Positions 36,101-53,680 of a stretch of DNA of 64,000 nt are shown piece after piece. The stretch comes from Chlorokybus atmophyticus (taxonomy: Eukaryota; Plantae; Mesostigma and Chlorokybus algae): positions 62,001-126,000 of the forward strand of contig RHPI01002836.1 of the NCBI GenBank assembly GCA_009103225.1, written 5' to 3'. Position 1 is the stretch's first letter, and each line of letters starts with the position of its first letter. The translations under genes and the position numbers were made by a program. The notes below the pieces were generated by a model. It had not been told where the DNA came from. It searched no databases and saw only the letters and a list, made by a program, of their open reading frames with translations.

Positions 36101-37790
36101 GCTACTGCTCGTGCGCCGTCAACAGTCCTGGATGAAGCTGAAGATGTTGATATGGAGGTGGAGGAGGAGGAAACCCTTGTGAGAGAGAGTTATCAGAACC
36201 AACAGAACCGTCAGCTTACACAAGAACAACACTCGCAATTTGCCCGCAAGTCATTCTCTCTGCTGCTCGAAAGCGATGATGTGGACATGGAAGTGGTCGA
36301 CACCGTTGGTCAACAACCATGCACTACACATGAAAGCTTGGATCCGCCTGCTATATGTATTAAGCCGGCAGAACCTGCCACGCAACATGCTGAAGTTATT
36401 GTCGCAACGACACCTGCAGAGCCCAGCAATGTGAATAATGTTGGCTCACCGCAAGTAGAGGACACAAACAGCCCAAGGTCCAGCATAGAACACGATGTGC
36501 TGGCTGCACATGACATGGTGCCCGCTGTTGCGCACCATCACGCCCGAGCGGCTTTCTGGCGAGTGCTGCCTCAGCTGCACACAAGCACGCATGGAGCGAT
36601 GGAACAGCCTGCTGCAATTGCAAGAATCCAACATGTCGACTGTTCTCAACACGCCGTTGAGCAAGAAGAGCTCAATCCAGAGTCTTACACGCCACTTTCA
36701 CCCCATTCCTACATCCCACTCTCACCCCAAACGCCCACAGACACAACTTACTGGTTGGAAGCAGAGCAGCCTGATCTGGCTGAGCAGACCCAACATGTTG
36801 GCAACAATGTTGATGCGAAGCCGCTTGAGACTGACGTGAGGCATACATGTTTGTCTCCATCCGACCCCGTCCCAAGCCTGCTGCCTTCACTTGACGTGTG
36901 CCCCGTCAACGTTGAGTACATCACGTCAAAGCCAGGTGCTGTTTGTACTTGTGGTATGTTGTGCTTACAACCCACAGGTACCAATGCCTCAGACGTTATA
37001 GTGGTATTTGGTGATTTCTGTTTGCACAGAAAGAGATGAGAACATACGGAGCAGGCTTGACGGTGAAGCAGGTTTGAATGAAAGACTGCATCGCGCACAT
37101 TGGAGTTACAGCCGCTGGGATCGTATTGAACCCAGACGAGAGCGTGGGCGCACTCGTGCACGAGAACAGTCAATATCCCCTCGCCGATCTCCCCGCCAAG
37201 TACGTCTCTGTCTTCCGCTTATGTGTGCTTAGGCGTGTTTGTGCATCTGTGTGCGTTTGTGTATTGCGTGCTCGTATGTGTGTGCGCGCGTGCATGAGAG
37301 AGAGTGCATGTGTACAGTGTGCACTTACTTGCGTCTGTTGATCTCTGATAGTAGCTGCCTTTAGGCACGCCGTGTTGAGAGCTTACGGGTTCATCATGAT
37401 GCAAGTGAGGAGCAGCAAACACTCAGACTGGCATCACCATCATCTCCTCATGGCTACAACTATCGCTACACATCAGCCCGCACGCAGGAGACGCGCTACG
37501 AGCTACACGCCTCACCGCAAGCAACATACTTCAGCCGCAGGGAGGCAACATACTCCCACAGAGAAGTGGTACCAAGGTCCCCACGCGTTGACGAACATGC
37601 TCTTCACAGCCCTCACATGCGCAACAGTCAAGACAACGAAGCGTACTATGGGTACCACGCGCCACGCAGGCGCGACGACACATATAGCCCGCGTGACAGG
37701 CGCGAGAGGTCGTTGTCATGCTCTCGCAATCGCAGCCCTCCGCGCGCCCGGTACCTCCCGAGGCAGTTCGTCGCACAAAGCCCAAGGTGA
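33124..37790 (+). CDS. ZCCHC8: ZCCHC8-like zinc-knuckle/PSP-domain protein (NEXT complex scaffold)
   Basis: Exons read SVPLYDR (~34490), QRCFNCGSYDHELSSCSRPFDR (~34640-34708), KFEGLQAGVLSPALREALGLQ and ELEPPPWLARMRMLGLPPGY (PSP domain). A long acidic exon and an RS-rich tail follow. Start and end are approximate. Confidence 0.8.
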
Positions 37791-39071
37791 CAATGCAGTG
37801 GTGTGGTATTCAGCATGAATATGCTCAGAACCCACTGGTTGATAAGTTGTTGTGGCTGGTACAAGCAGTCGGTATAGTGCGTGGGCTGTAGCTGCATGCT
37901 TGACTCAAGTGTGCCCAACTCTGTTGTGGCCAATTTGCTAGGCTGAGCTGTGCTTGCACCTCAGATCTCGCTGTGAAGCTTCTTCTACTCTATTCTCTGC
38001 CGACAGCACCGCTCGGGCAGTCACATGTAGCCTCTGACAATGGCATGTAGGACTGTGTACATGACACCAGGTGTATGTGATCGTATGCGCATCTCTGCTT
38101 GCGTGTTTGCATGGCGCCGCACTGGGCATGGTGTGCTTGCCGCTATTGCAGTGGCAGGAGTGCAAACACGCCGCATTTTCTGTGTATGCAGCTTGCGCGG
38201 GGGTTTTAGTGCACAGCACGTTACCACGCACTCTGTTCCATAAGCTAGCAAGGAGCAACACACTCACACTCACAGCATTGCATATAATGTACACTCTACC
38301 ATTCTGATACACAGTGCGCACAACCTGCAGCGCCTGCGCATGCTGCTGAACCAGCACCAATGCTCACAGTGCCAACACGAGCAACCAGGTTGCTTCTTGC
38401 TTTGTCCCTTTCTCTGCATAAATGCTTGAACGCTACTATACACAGTCATACATGGGTGCAACACAGCGCCAGTTGCTCGCTACCTCACACCGTGTTGCCA
38501 ACACACATCACCTGCCACGACACATGTACATACAACTTCACATCCTCCATCGTACACAGCACATTTGCCGCCTGTGTCGTCATCTAGGAGCACATGCAGA
38601 GTTGTGAGAACAGGACCGTGGCACAGTGGATTTACACAATACAAGTAGTACGGCTACGACACTCCAGGACATCATGCACTACTAAATGTAGTGTACACGG
38701 GTATGCTGCTGACCCGCAAGCACAGCCATGCACACAGAGACGCGGCACTCACACAATACACTGCCGTGATGGCCGCTGCGTGCACTGCAGCATGTCACAG
38801 AGCTGGCGCAGCAGGTATCACATGCATTCAGCCCATGCGTAGCGTATGCAGTGGGCATGCTGATGCGGTGCATGCGTGGGCGTACGTGTACACGTGCGCG
38901 TGCATGTGACACATTTCAATCGCTGCTCACCTTGAGATGGCTTTGCTGTCAGCACCAGCGGTTGACTTCAGACGGTATTGCCCTTGCTACCTGCACCGCC
39001 TGCATCAATCTATCACAAACACCCACACTCACAGCAAGCATTATCATTGACATACCAGTTTCATGCACGCC

Positions 39072-39467
39072 TCAAGTCCATGTGATCCACTCTTTGAACT
39101 GCTGCCGTCGAGCAGAAATATCTCCATTCAACACAATGCCATAGAAGTTGGACACGGCGCCAAGTTGTGCACCTGTGAAATTGCCCAGGGCAAACTGGTT
39201 TTTAGGGAAAACTCCTGCTGGAGGGGTTTGTCCTTGGCGAGCTGAACCCTCAGTTGCCTTCTCGCGAACAAGTGGTGTTAGTGGAAAGTCTGGAGGACTT
39301 CTGAGATTTTGATCTCTCATGCGCAGGTTGCTGATGCGCATGTGAAGCTCGCTGACTTTGTTATCGATTTTGTCGGTGAGCCTGTCTTCCGATTGCTTCA
39401 CTACTTGCTCTATCAGTTCCTTGATATTTGCCAGGTCGCTATCCTGCAAGCCACTGTTGCTTGCCAT
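39072..39467 (-). CDS. 131 aa single-exon protein with a coiled coil and a Mug135-like C-terminal domain
   Basis: An intact ORF with RDQNLRSPPDFPLTPLV...GVFPKNQFALGNFTGAQLGAVSNFYGIVLNGDISARRQQFKEWI. This matches my recollection of the fungal N..L.PL...FP.T...L..L..FYGL...G....RR..L..FIG pattern. Confidence 0.55.
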   Translation of the reverse strand: MASNSGLQDSDLANIKELIEQVVKQSEDRLTDKIDNKVSELHMRISNLRMRDQNLRSPPDFPLTPLVREKATEGSARQGQTPPAGVFPKNQFALGNFTGAQLGAVSNFYGIVLNGDISARRQQFKEWITWT

Positions 39468-39849
39468 CTCTCCACTGACTGCAGAAGTATACCATAATCA
39501 CCCAACAAAGATGAAGTGTACAACACGGAAGCGTTCGCATGGGACACACAAGCTCGCACTTGTGTGCAGTGCATGTGTGTCCCTGCGTGCGTGCGTTTCT
39601 GTGACGTGATGTGAACGGATGCACAAGTGCTTAGAAGCAACGACGCAACGCACATGCCTGCCTGCAAAGCTGACACCGCCGCCGCCGCCGCCGCCGCCTG
39701 TGTGTGTGTGTGCGCATGCCAACAGCATTGTCACACTCAACGTATGTTCGTTGACGCCAAGGCGCAGTATATTGAGCCGTGGGCGGCGGTGGCGGTGGCG
39801 ACCTCGGCGTTGGGGTTGGGAGCGTGGGCGGCGTGGTAGAGGAGGGGGG

Positions 39850-42420
39850 ATGAACTTCTTAGCGAACGCCTTCGGCACGCAGTGCACCATCTCTATCAAC
39901 TTCAAGGACAGCGAACACAGACAGCAGGTGTGCTGGACTTGCAGTATCTACTACACCAATGCATACTTGCTTACTTGTGTGTTTCCAACTTTACTCGGGA
40001 AAGAACCGAGCAGGCACGGGAAACGCCCTCCTTCTCCCTCTTCATGCATGCGTTGCTCTCTCTGCCGCTACGACTGCGCATTTGTGATTCTGACTGCTGT
40101 GTACCAGCACTCTATCATCATATACTACTATTACCGTACTATACAATTTGAAGCAGACGGACGGCAAACTACATTTACAGTGTAGAACCGTTGTGCAATA
40201 CGTGCCTATGAACTAGTGCATTTTGCAGCTGTGGTGCAGAGTGTGCTACTTCACCGTTGTGGTTTTGCACAATCTAGCACGGTTTCAGCGAACATTGCGT
40301 GTTGAATGAACACATGCCAACAACTTCCGCTTGTTGGGACAGTGTATCGTTCGACTAGTTGTTCATGACTTGCTTTTGATCTGTTTTGTATGGCGCCTGT
40401 GTTAGCAGGAGTCAACCGATGCACGCACACTGCATTAGGACTTAGCAAAACTCTCACTGCGGCCTGCATGTGTGTGCGTGCATGTACACTCATACAATCC
40501 ATACCGCTTGCAAGCGTTCGCTCAATTATACACGTTTGGCTGCTGCAGGCCAGCATAAAAAAAGAGGGCGGCAATGTGGAGTTGCAGCCCGTGTACAAGA
40601 GCGGGGACACCGTAGCCGGCGAGGTTTGTGGCTCATGCACATACAACATGCACACAACATGCCCACCAACATGTAGTACCTACGCACCACATACACACTG
40701 CATATGCAGAATGCACACATCACATGCACAGCGCATATGCACTACATACACACAGCATACACCACGTGTCATAGGTGTACAAGCTACGCGTACACAACAT
40801 ACACACTGCACACAGACACTCCATAGATGCTGCACATTGCGCGCATGGCATGTTGTGTTCCATACACCACGTAGTAGCGTTGGTTGTGGGTAAGTGAAAC
40901 CAGCCTTTCCATGCATTGTTGGCATTCTGCATGTTTCTTTGGCAGGTGCGGATAGAGCCGGTTGTTGGGAAGAGGTTGGACCACACGGGCGTGAAGATAG
41001 AGCTTGTTGGCCAGATAGAGCTGTACTATGACAGGGGCAACTTCCACGACTTTGTGTCTCTCACGCGCGACCTCGACCCTCCCGGAGAAATCACACAAGT
41101 AAGTGTTGTTGTGGTAATGAGTAATTAGATATGTGGTTGCTTTGGCGGTGATGGGTGATGTTTGTGCCGTGCTGTTGTGACTTGTGCAGGAGAGAAGATA
41201 CCCCTTTGAGTTTCCTTCGGTGGAGATGCCGTACGAATCATACCAAGGAACCAATGTAAAACTCAAGTAAGCAGACAATATTTCCCAAGTCACCGATTTT
41301 GTACAAGCATGCATGCGATTTTGAGAGCACGCGTGTCTTTTCAACTCGCGACGTGCACACGCGCGCGTGCGCACGACCGCTGCTACCTACATTACGTAGG
41401 CTACATGCACGTGTGCACTGTGCAATGCTTGTACAAACCATACAACATGTGAGCACGCCTCTGCACACGCGTGTGTGTACGCATGCATGTACATGCACAC
41501 GCTCACACATGCACGCATGTATGTCCATTGTTACATGATGAAATAGATTTGTTGTCTCTCAGGTACCTCCTGCGCGTGACGGTGTCTCGTCACTACGCCG
41601 CCAACGTGTGTCGCGAGCGCGTGTTTGTCGTTCGCAACGCGTCGCCCCACCCGGACGGCAACAACGCGAAGATCAAGATGGAAGTCGGCATCGAGGACTG
41701 CCTCCACATCGAGTTTGAGTACGGGAAGAGCAAGTATCATTTAAAGGACGTCGTGCAGGGGAAGATATACTTCTTGCTTGTGAGGATCAAATTGAAACAT
41801 ATGGAGCTGGAGATACGCAGACGGGAATCTGCTGGATCAGGTGTGACAATGATGATGATGGGGTGGTGTTGGTGGTGTTGGTGACAACAATGATAATGGG
41901 TTGTGGCAGGTACAAATACATATAATGAGACGGAGACAATTGCAAAGTACGAGATTATGGACGGTGCTCCAGTGCGCGGTGCGTTGTTCAACATGCCACG
42001 CAATCGCATGCACACTTAAACAAATACACAAACAAATACATGCACGCACACGCCTGTATGCACGCACGCGCGCAATCCCCGTGCAATTCCATGCATCCCC
42101 CCCGCACTTTTGAATACGATTGCACAAATACAACATGTTGGACACTTACAAATGGGCTTCAGCGCCTCCTTCTGTCATACTCATTAGTTCATGCATTGCA
42201 CTTGGACATCATCATCATCATCGTATTCTGACAATGATTTTTGTGCGTAGGCGAGTCAATCCCCATTCGGCTGTTTCTCAGTCCCTACGAGTTGACACCT
42301 ACGTACCGCAATGTCAACAACAAGTTCAGCGTGCGCTACCATTTGAACCTCGTGCTCGTGGACGAAGAAGACCGCAGATACTTCAAGCAGCAGGAGATTA
42401 CACTCTATCGAGGCGTGTAG
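39850..42420 (+). CDS. VPS26: Vacuolar protein sorting 26 (retromer subunit), 7 exons
   Basis: Exons include [96 protein letters not shown] and [19 protein letters not shown]. Confidence 0.97.
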
Positions 42421-43116
42421 ATAAGAGCGCGTGAGAGGACTTGAGTGAAGGCCTTTGACTATGTGACAGTCTTTGACTGATGTACAGATCACCCTTCCGT
42501 CTGATGCGCTGTGAAAGTGAGAGTGATGCGTGTTGGACTGGCATATAGCTGTAGGAGGTTGCATTGCTATGCTATTACGCGCGGCGCTTTACAATATGCA
42601 TTGTATGGTGCATGGTCTGGACATATTCGCCTCAAGGTGTTCTTTATGCATGCTACACATCAATTCGTACATGAGAAGTCTGTCACAATTTTCAATACCT
42701 GTTCTGCATTGCAAGCTACGCATCACCGAAAACCATGCGCACTATGCACAACTGCTAAGAGGCTTTGTCCAGTCCTTGATAAAATACAAGTTGACAAAAT
42801 CAAAGGGTGTGACCACAGAACCAACCAACCAACCAACCAGCCACAGAATTGCACACAAGTTCTAGCACGTGTGACTGAGCACCCATGCACATAATACTAT
42901 GGTATGTGCTTTCCTCGTCTTCCATAACCTCATTTGCATATTGACGTATGCTACTGCTGTACAACATGTGTACAAGGCTCCGCCGATGCTTGGTTGCAAC
43001 CAAATTCATACGATACATGCTAGAGCTATTCGCATGGCTCCTAAGCAATAGCAGACTACACAACAAACCTGCGCGCACGAATTGGCAGCGCAGCTTTATG
43101 GCAAGTCCATACAGAC

Positions 43117-48042
<4,926 letters not shown>

Positions 48043-49455
48043 CAAACTACGGACGAGGCTGACTGAAGGGCGCAACTGTTGCAAGCAAATGGCACGAGTT
48101 AGAGTATTGGGCAATTGATTGGGCGTCTAAAAGTTGCCAAAATGTTGCAACGTGTTTCCAAGGGAACATGTCGGAGTCTGCGTGCGCGTGTATGCATGCG
48201 TGCTTGCGTGTATGTGCCTGCGTGCACCTGCAGTGTATACTGTGTGTGCGCATGCGTGCGCGTGTGCGGGTGTGTTAGTGTGCGCGCGTGCACATTGGAC
48301 TAAATAGGCATCCTCCTCCCTAAACCCTTCGGCACGCTTCCCATGCACACAGACAGCCACTTTGGATCTCCATCGGCATGGTGACTGAATTATGACATAT
48401 CCATGAACAATTCGGACACCAGAACAAGATTTACGGTCAGGAGCTCACAGGGGCATGCAGAGGCGTAATGCCTTCGCACCATCTGGGAAGAGCTATCACG
48501 CAATTGCTACCGCTGCTATACGCAATGAATGAAATCAGGTACAAAGATAACTGGAAGCAAGTGACGTTTCACAAATATATGCATGGAGGGCAAGCATTCA
48601 TCCGTCGCATACCCGTGCCATTGCGGAGGAGCTGGGGGAGGCGGCAGCAGCGGAGTTGGAGGATGTGGAGGGGGCGGAGCTGCCACAGGGCCCAATGCTG
48701 CAGCGCCCTACCCCGCTTCTTCCAGGCAGCAATCCACCAGAAATTACCGAAGTCTCCGCAGCCGCCGCCATGCAGACCCCCCTCTTCGCCAACACCGCCA
48801 CCACCACCGCCGCCAACACTGCCGCCGCTCCCACTATAACCAGGGAAACCCTAATGCCTTGCGTATAGTCCCATGCCGATGAACATGACAACATGATATA
48901 TTCCTGCTACGTGGCAGTGCGGCTCAATGCAAAAAGCAGCAAAATCAGCATGCAAGCTGTAAATATCTTTGTGCCAGCGTGGCGGCGGCGGCGAGGAGGT
49001 TGGTGTGCAGGTTGGTGGGGTAGGGTTTGATTGAAACGCGCATGTCAGGCAGCAGGGGGACACTCTTCCTGCTGTACGCCTGCAGCGCTGCGTGCCTGGT
49101 GGGCGTTGTCCTTACCTCTCAGTACAGGAGGTGAGGATGCTGGTTGTGGTGGTCGAGACTAACTAGTTAGTAAAGCTGCCGTACGCATGTGCAAGTGGCT
49201 TGTGCTGTTGATTTCGGCGCTTATACGCGTGCCTTCTGTCGATCTGCTGATGGTATTGTGTTGCTTGCACAGAGCAACTGCGGGGCCTACGCTTGACGAC
49301 CAGCTCAAGCGCAAGGAGCAGCGGTAGCCAAGTCAATTACTTTGCTACACATAGCACTCACACAGGGGGTACGCCTTTGTTTCTTGTAGTAATTCTACAA
49401 AATCTTTTGCTTTTGTTTTTCTTTTGTCTTATGCGCGGGCTGTGCAGTGAAGGTG

Positions 49456-50758
49456 ATGGCGTGCACGGTATCCTCTCAAGTGGCCGGTGCGCTGCACCAC
49501 ACAGAGAGTTTCATCGCAAGGCCCAAGTTGTTGACACAACACCAACACATTCACAGTCACAAGGTTTCAAGGGGTTGGCAAGCACCGAGGCCACAGAGAC
49601 GCGTGGCTGTGGCTGCCATCAAGATTGACCGGCGGCAGCATCTGGAGCAGGCTTACAAACGCCAGCAGGTGTACATGTGGAGAAGTTGTGTATGCTGTTG
49701 GTACTCATGTCAATACTTGTGCTTGTGGAGATGCTTTGTCCTTTGTAGCTCATGTCCAGTTGTGCAGGAAGACGAGGCCTTATTGGCGGAAGCGGATGTG
49801 ACTTGCCCCGTTGAGTGTGTGCGGGAGGTGCGAACTTGCAAAGAATTTGACCACGTACTGGAAGAAGCGCAGGCTCACAATCAGGTACAGCTTTGAACAC
49901 AAGTCTCTGTATGAATTATCTAGGACTTCATGCTTGGTTCCGTCAGTAGTATGACACTACAGTGGCACGAGCATGGAGTTCCCCACCCACCACCCTAGCG
50001 CACATGTATGCATGCACTTGCGCTACATTTGCATACAGAGACGGGTGTTGTCTCTGAGCATTCGAGTGCCGCTCTGACACGTAGAGCAGATTGTGTATTG
50101 TGCATAGGACACTCACACACAGGTGATGTGTCCTGGTACAGTGCTGTGTGTACACCATGCAGTACTGCCAGGTGGCACACGCTGCATCCCTGGTGCAGTG
50201 CAGTGCTGCCAGGGATTGCTATGCATGCGCAATTTGCCCTTACTGTTGGCTGCGCGACACAGCTGGTTGTTGTGGACTTCTACAACTCATCTTGCGGCGC
50301 ATGCAAGTATATTGCACCGCAGTTCGTGAAGCTTTGCAAGCAGGTATCAGCTGTCTTAACTATTTCCGGCTGCATAAACTACACTTAGTGTGTGCTACCA
50401 GTGGGGTCGTGAGTCACTCAAGCTTGGATGCTGCTACAGACAGGCGGCGGCGGCGAGTCAGACATAGATCCAGTTAGCTTTGTAAAGCATAATGTCCGTG
50501 ACGAATACGACGATCTGACGGACATTGCGCAGCTGTACGGCATCAAGGTGGGCATGCGTTATTAGTGCAGTTCATGTTGCGTTACAGTGGTTTACGGATT
50601 GTACCTAGTCACTGTCGTGACGCTCTTTACCGGTGCAGGTGGTGCCCATGTTTGCCTTCTTCAAGGACGGTGCAAGGGTTGACCAGTTTCCCACCAGGGA
50701 CCGCAAGCGCCTGGCAGGAACCATTGAGAAGCTGACGGGCATGCAAATACTGAAGTAG
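49456..50758 (+). CDS. Plastid thioredoxin-like 4 homolog (CGAC active site)
   Basis: A transit peptide, then CPVECVREV..EFDHVLEEAQ, LVVVDFYNSSCGACKYI, FVKHNVRDEYDDLTDIAQLYGIK and VVPMFAFFKDG...FPTRDRKRL. These match the recalled land-plant thioredoxin-like 4 family. Confidence 0.85.
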
Positions 50759-51229
50759 GTACGCTGTGGTTGTTGCCAAGTGCAGTCACAAAATTGCACT
50801 GTAGTGGAAGTGGTAGTTAGTTTACCAACAACAGGTTGTTCAGTTCAAGCAGTACTTCAGAACATGGGTGTTGCTATAGAGCAAAGGCTGTGCGTACCCA
50901 TTGCAGATTGCTCGCATTGACAATGGGCCCGATTCATACATCATCGTAGTTCTTGTCAAAAGTAGTCATAGAATTGTCTGCATTGGGCTTGTCTTGTTGC
51001 AGTGGTAGTGTATGGTACTCTACCCACATGAGTAACAAGTGCATGTGGCCATACAATGCTTAGAAAAAGGATTCTGCATTCTGTTTGTGTACACAATCTT
51101 TCCCAGCACACATTGCCGACAAGGCTGGTGGAAAGTGCGTACATGGAGGCAAGCAATTAGTCGACATCAACAGCACATACACGTCTACCAGGACAATTGA
51201 CAAATTGTCACCCATTCCTTTTATGCACT

Positions 51230-52781
51230 CTAGTACTTTTGTTGAACCTGCGGTTGCATTTGTTGGAACTGCGGTTGCATCTGTTGGAACTGCGGTTGCA
51301 CCTGTTGGAACTGTGATTGCACCACAGACGGTTGTACAACCTGTGGCTGGCCTGGTCGGCCGGGCGGCGGCTGCGTGCTGACCGGGGCTTTGTACAGTTT
51401 GTAGCATTCGGGCATGAGGCAGACGATGAACGCTACTGGACCAAAAAGCAAGGCCAGGATGATAATCCATAGGACGCCCATGTCCGTCAGCCCATCGCAC
51501 TGGCCGCACCCGTGAGGGTATCGTTTCCATTGGTAGGTAACTATGCTGCCGTCGGCCTGTGCTACTTGCTGCAAATGCCAAAACAACCGGGAACATCAGT
51601 CCTGGAACAGCACGCTAATAATGCACAAAAAGTGGTTGATGCTTACCTCAGTTTGTCCTTCTACCGGCATTGCAAACCCTGGATGGTACATTGCTTGCAT
51701 CATGACCGGGGCCTGCACGTACATGGGCTGCTGTTGAGCTTGCATGACAGCGGGGCCTTGGTTGCTGTACTGTTGAGGCCGATACTGCTGTTGTTGTTGT
51801 TGTTGTTGTTGTGGCATTGTCGGCAAAGGCGGATACACTGTCTGCTGCGAGGCAAAACTGCTCGGTGGCTGCGTGTACACCCCTGCTCCTCCAGCAACCG
51901 GGTAACCTGGGGGCAGGTTACCCGCTGCTGGCGGGTAACCTGTTGGCTGGTAGCCTGCTGGTTGTGAGGGAGGGTTCTGAGCAGGGTAGCCAGCTGGGGG
52001 GACAGGCCCGCTCCCTCCCGCCCCGTGAAGCGGGTATCCGGAAGGTGGGACTGGCGCACTGCCACCTGCGGGATAGCCTTCCGGCATTGCTGGGCCTGAA
52101 GCTGGATATCCGCTAGGCACAGAAGCACCGCCAGCTAAAGGATAGCCTTCTGGTGGTGCGTGCTGCCGTTCTGAAGGCATGCCTTTGAGTGAACACCATG
52201 ACAGAGCGTCTCAGCAGCATGTCAACTGCATGCACATTGAGCTACTCCAGCTAGGACAACAGAGTGTCCGCTCTCTAATTTCAAGTGATTGGCAACATGC
52301 GAGCATGCCAAACATGGCTACAAGCTGGTTGCGAAACAACAGTAAGCAATTTACCTGATGCTGAGCTATCGTGCACTGCAGGCGAAGGTGTGCTGAAAAA
52401 GCAAGGCCACATTAGACTTGTTGGAACATGTTACACAACTGTGCAACGCTCTGCATGCAACAAGCATGTGAGCTTGCTGCGTCAGTGAGCACACATGGCG
52501 GTGCGGCGATTGCACGGCGAGGAACGGCATTGACGCCGACGGCAACAAGAGGCTCACCCAGCAGCTTCGGGCATAGAGGGCGGCCGTGAAGGGCGCGGAC
52601 CAGCAGCGGCAGCTGCACCGCCAGAGGGCGGCCTGGACGCCTGCGGGGGAGCAGAGGCTGCCACTGCTGCTACTGCTACTGAGGCGGCTGCTACTGAAAC
52701 GGCTGCCTCGTCTGATAGAGCTGTTGCTCCGTCTCTCACTCCTACTCCTTCTGCTCCTCCGTGGGCGTCTAGGGGGTCCAT
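51230..52781 (-). CDS. Pro/Gly/Gln-rich protein with GYP repeats, a CxxC motif and a hydrophobic (membrane) segment
   Basis: Exons at ~52556-52781, ~51629-52182 and ~51230-51560. It has repeated (P/S)xGYP, then GCGQCDG...VLWIIILALLFGPVAFIVCLMPEC and a QPQFQQM repeat tail. Confidence 0.65.
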
Positions 52782-53119
52782 GCTGCCACGCGGCACGACC
52801 CCAGCAACTCTCGGCCGCCGCACTGCACTCTCACTGTGCACAGTGGCGCCAATAACCGCTGGTTAGACTTGACCGGGACATAGAGACCGTGATGAGCAAA
52901 CGACTTGTGACCAACTTTTCTCACCGGTAGAGGTTGCAAGCAAAGCCGGCGTCGATGGCCCATGTGGCCGCCTAAGGTGGCGAAATGGCCCTTGAACCTT
53001 GCGTACCGGTCGGCCTGACCTGGTTAGGGCAGCAGTGGGCGAGTGGTTGCTGCTAACACAGTTATATTCTCCGATGGATTGCTAGCGTGCTTGCTAAGCA
53101 CTGCTCGGCCCCGTCATTA

Positions 53120-53592
53120 GAGCCCCTCCCGACCGGCGGGTTAGCGGCCGTATAGGATAGAATAGTGCCGGCTATCCGGCTTCAATTCTTAATTTCACAC
53201 CCCACCGGCGCGATAAGTGCTCATCTATCCACTGCGCGCCAGGGTAGTGCGAGGAATAGTTGATCCCAGAGGCGTGAGATAGATGGCATTTATGCTGGTA
53301 AGTTGAATGATTTGTCCAAATATTGTCGCGACGGTGAGCTAAAGAGGGATAGTTGCGGCCGCTTTGACACGTGTTATCGGGCCGCGGCGCATAACACATC
53401 TACGACGCAGCTCATGCCGCGTCATTATGTAGGTTTCAAGCATTTCAATGATTGTAGGACCGACTTTAGGCAAACCTTCCATCTATTCTTTTTGCGCAGT
53501 GTAGTTTGGGCGTTGGATAGGCTAAACTCGCTGCTTGCGACCACTGCGTCTATTTATCCTATCCGCCTGCTATTCCGCCGGTCGGGAGGCAC
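53120..53592. mobile_element. Tourist-like (PIF/Harbinger) MITE, 473 bp
   Basis: TIRs are GAGCCCCTCCCGACCGGCGG and CCGCCGGTCGGGAGGCAC, with TTA on both sides (53117-53119, 53593-53595). It has no coding capacity. Confidence 0.75.
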
Positions 53593-53618
53593 TTAACGCT
53601 CTCGACAACGCAATTGAT

Positions 53619-53622
<4 letters not shown>

Positions 53623-53675
<53 letters not shown>
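53623..53675. repeat. (CT)n microsatellite
   Basis: A direct CT run of about 53 bp. Confidence 0.97.

Positions 53676-53680
<5 letters not shown>

Noticed and set aside
48300-48870. Possible gene or integrase/transposase fragment between GYRA and the thioredoxin gene
   Set aside because: The frames are broken and I recognise no complete motif; a HIHEQFGH resemblance to an integrase HHCC is too weak.
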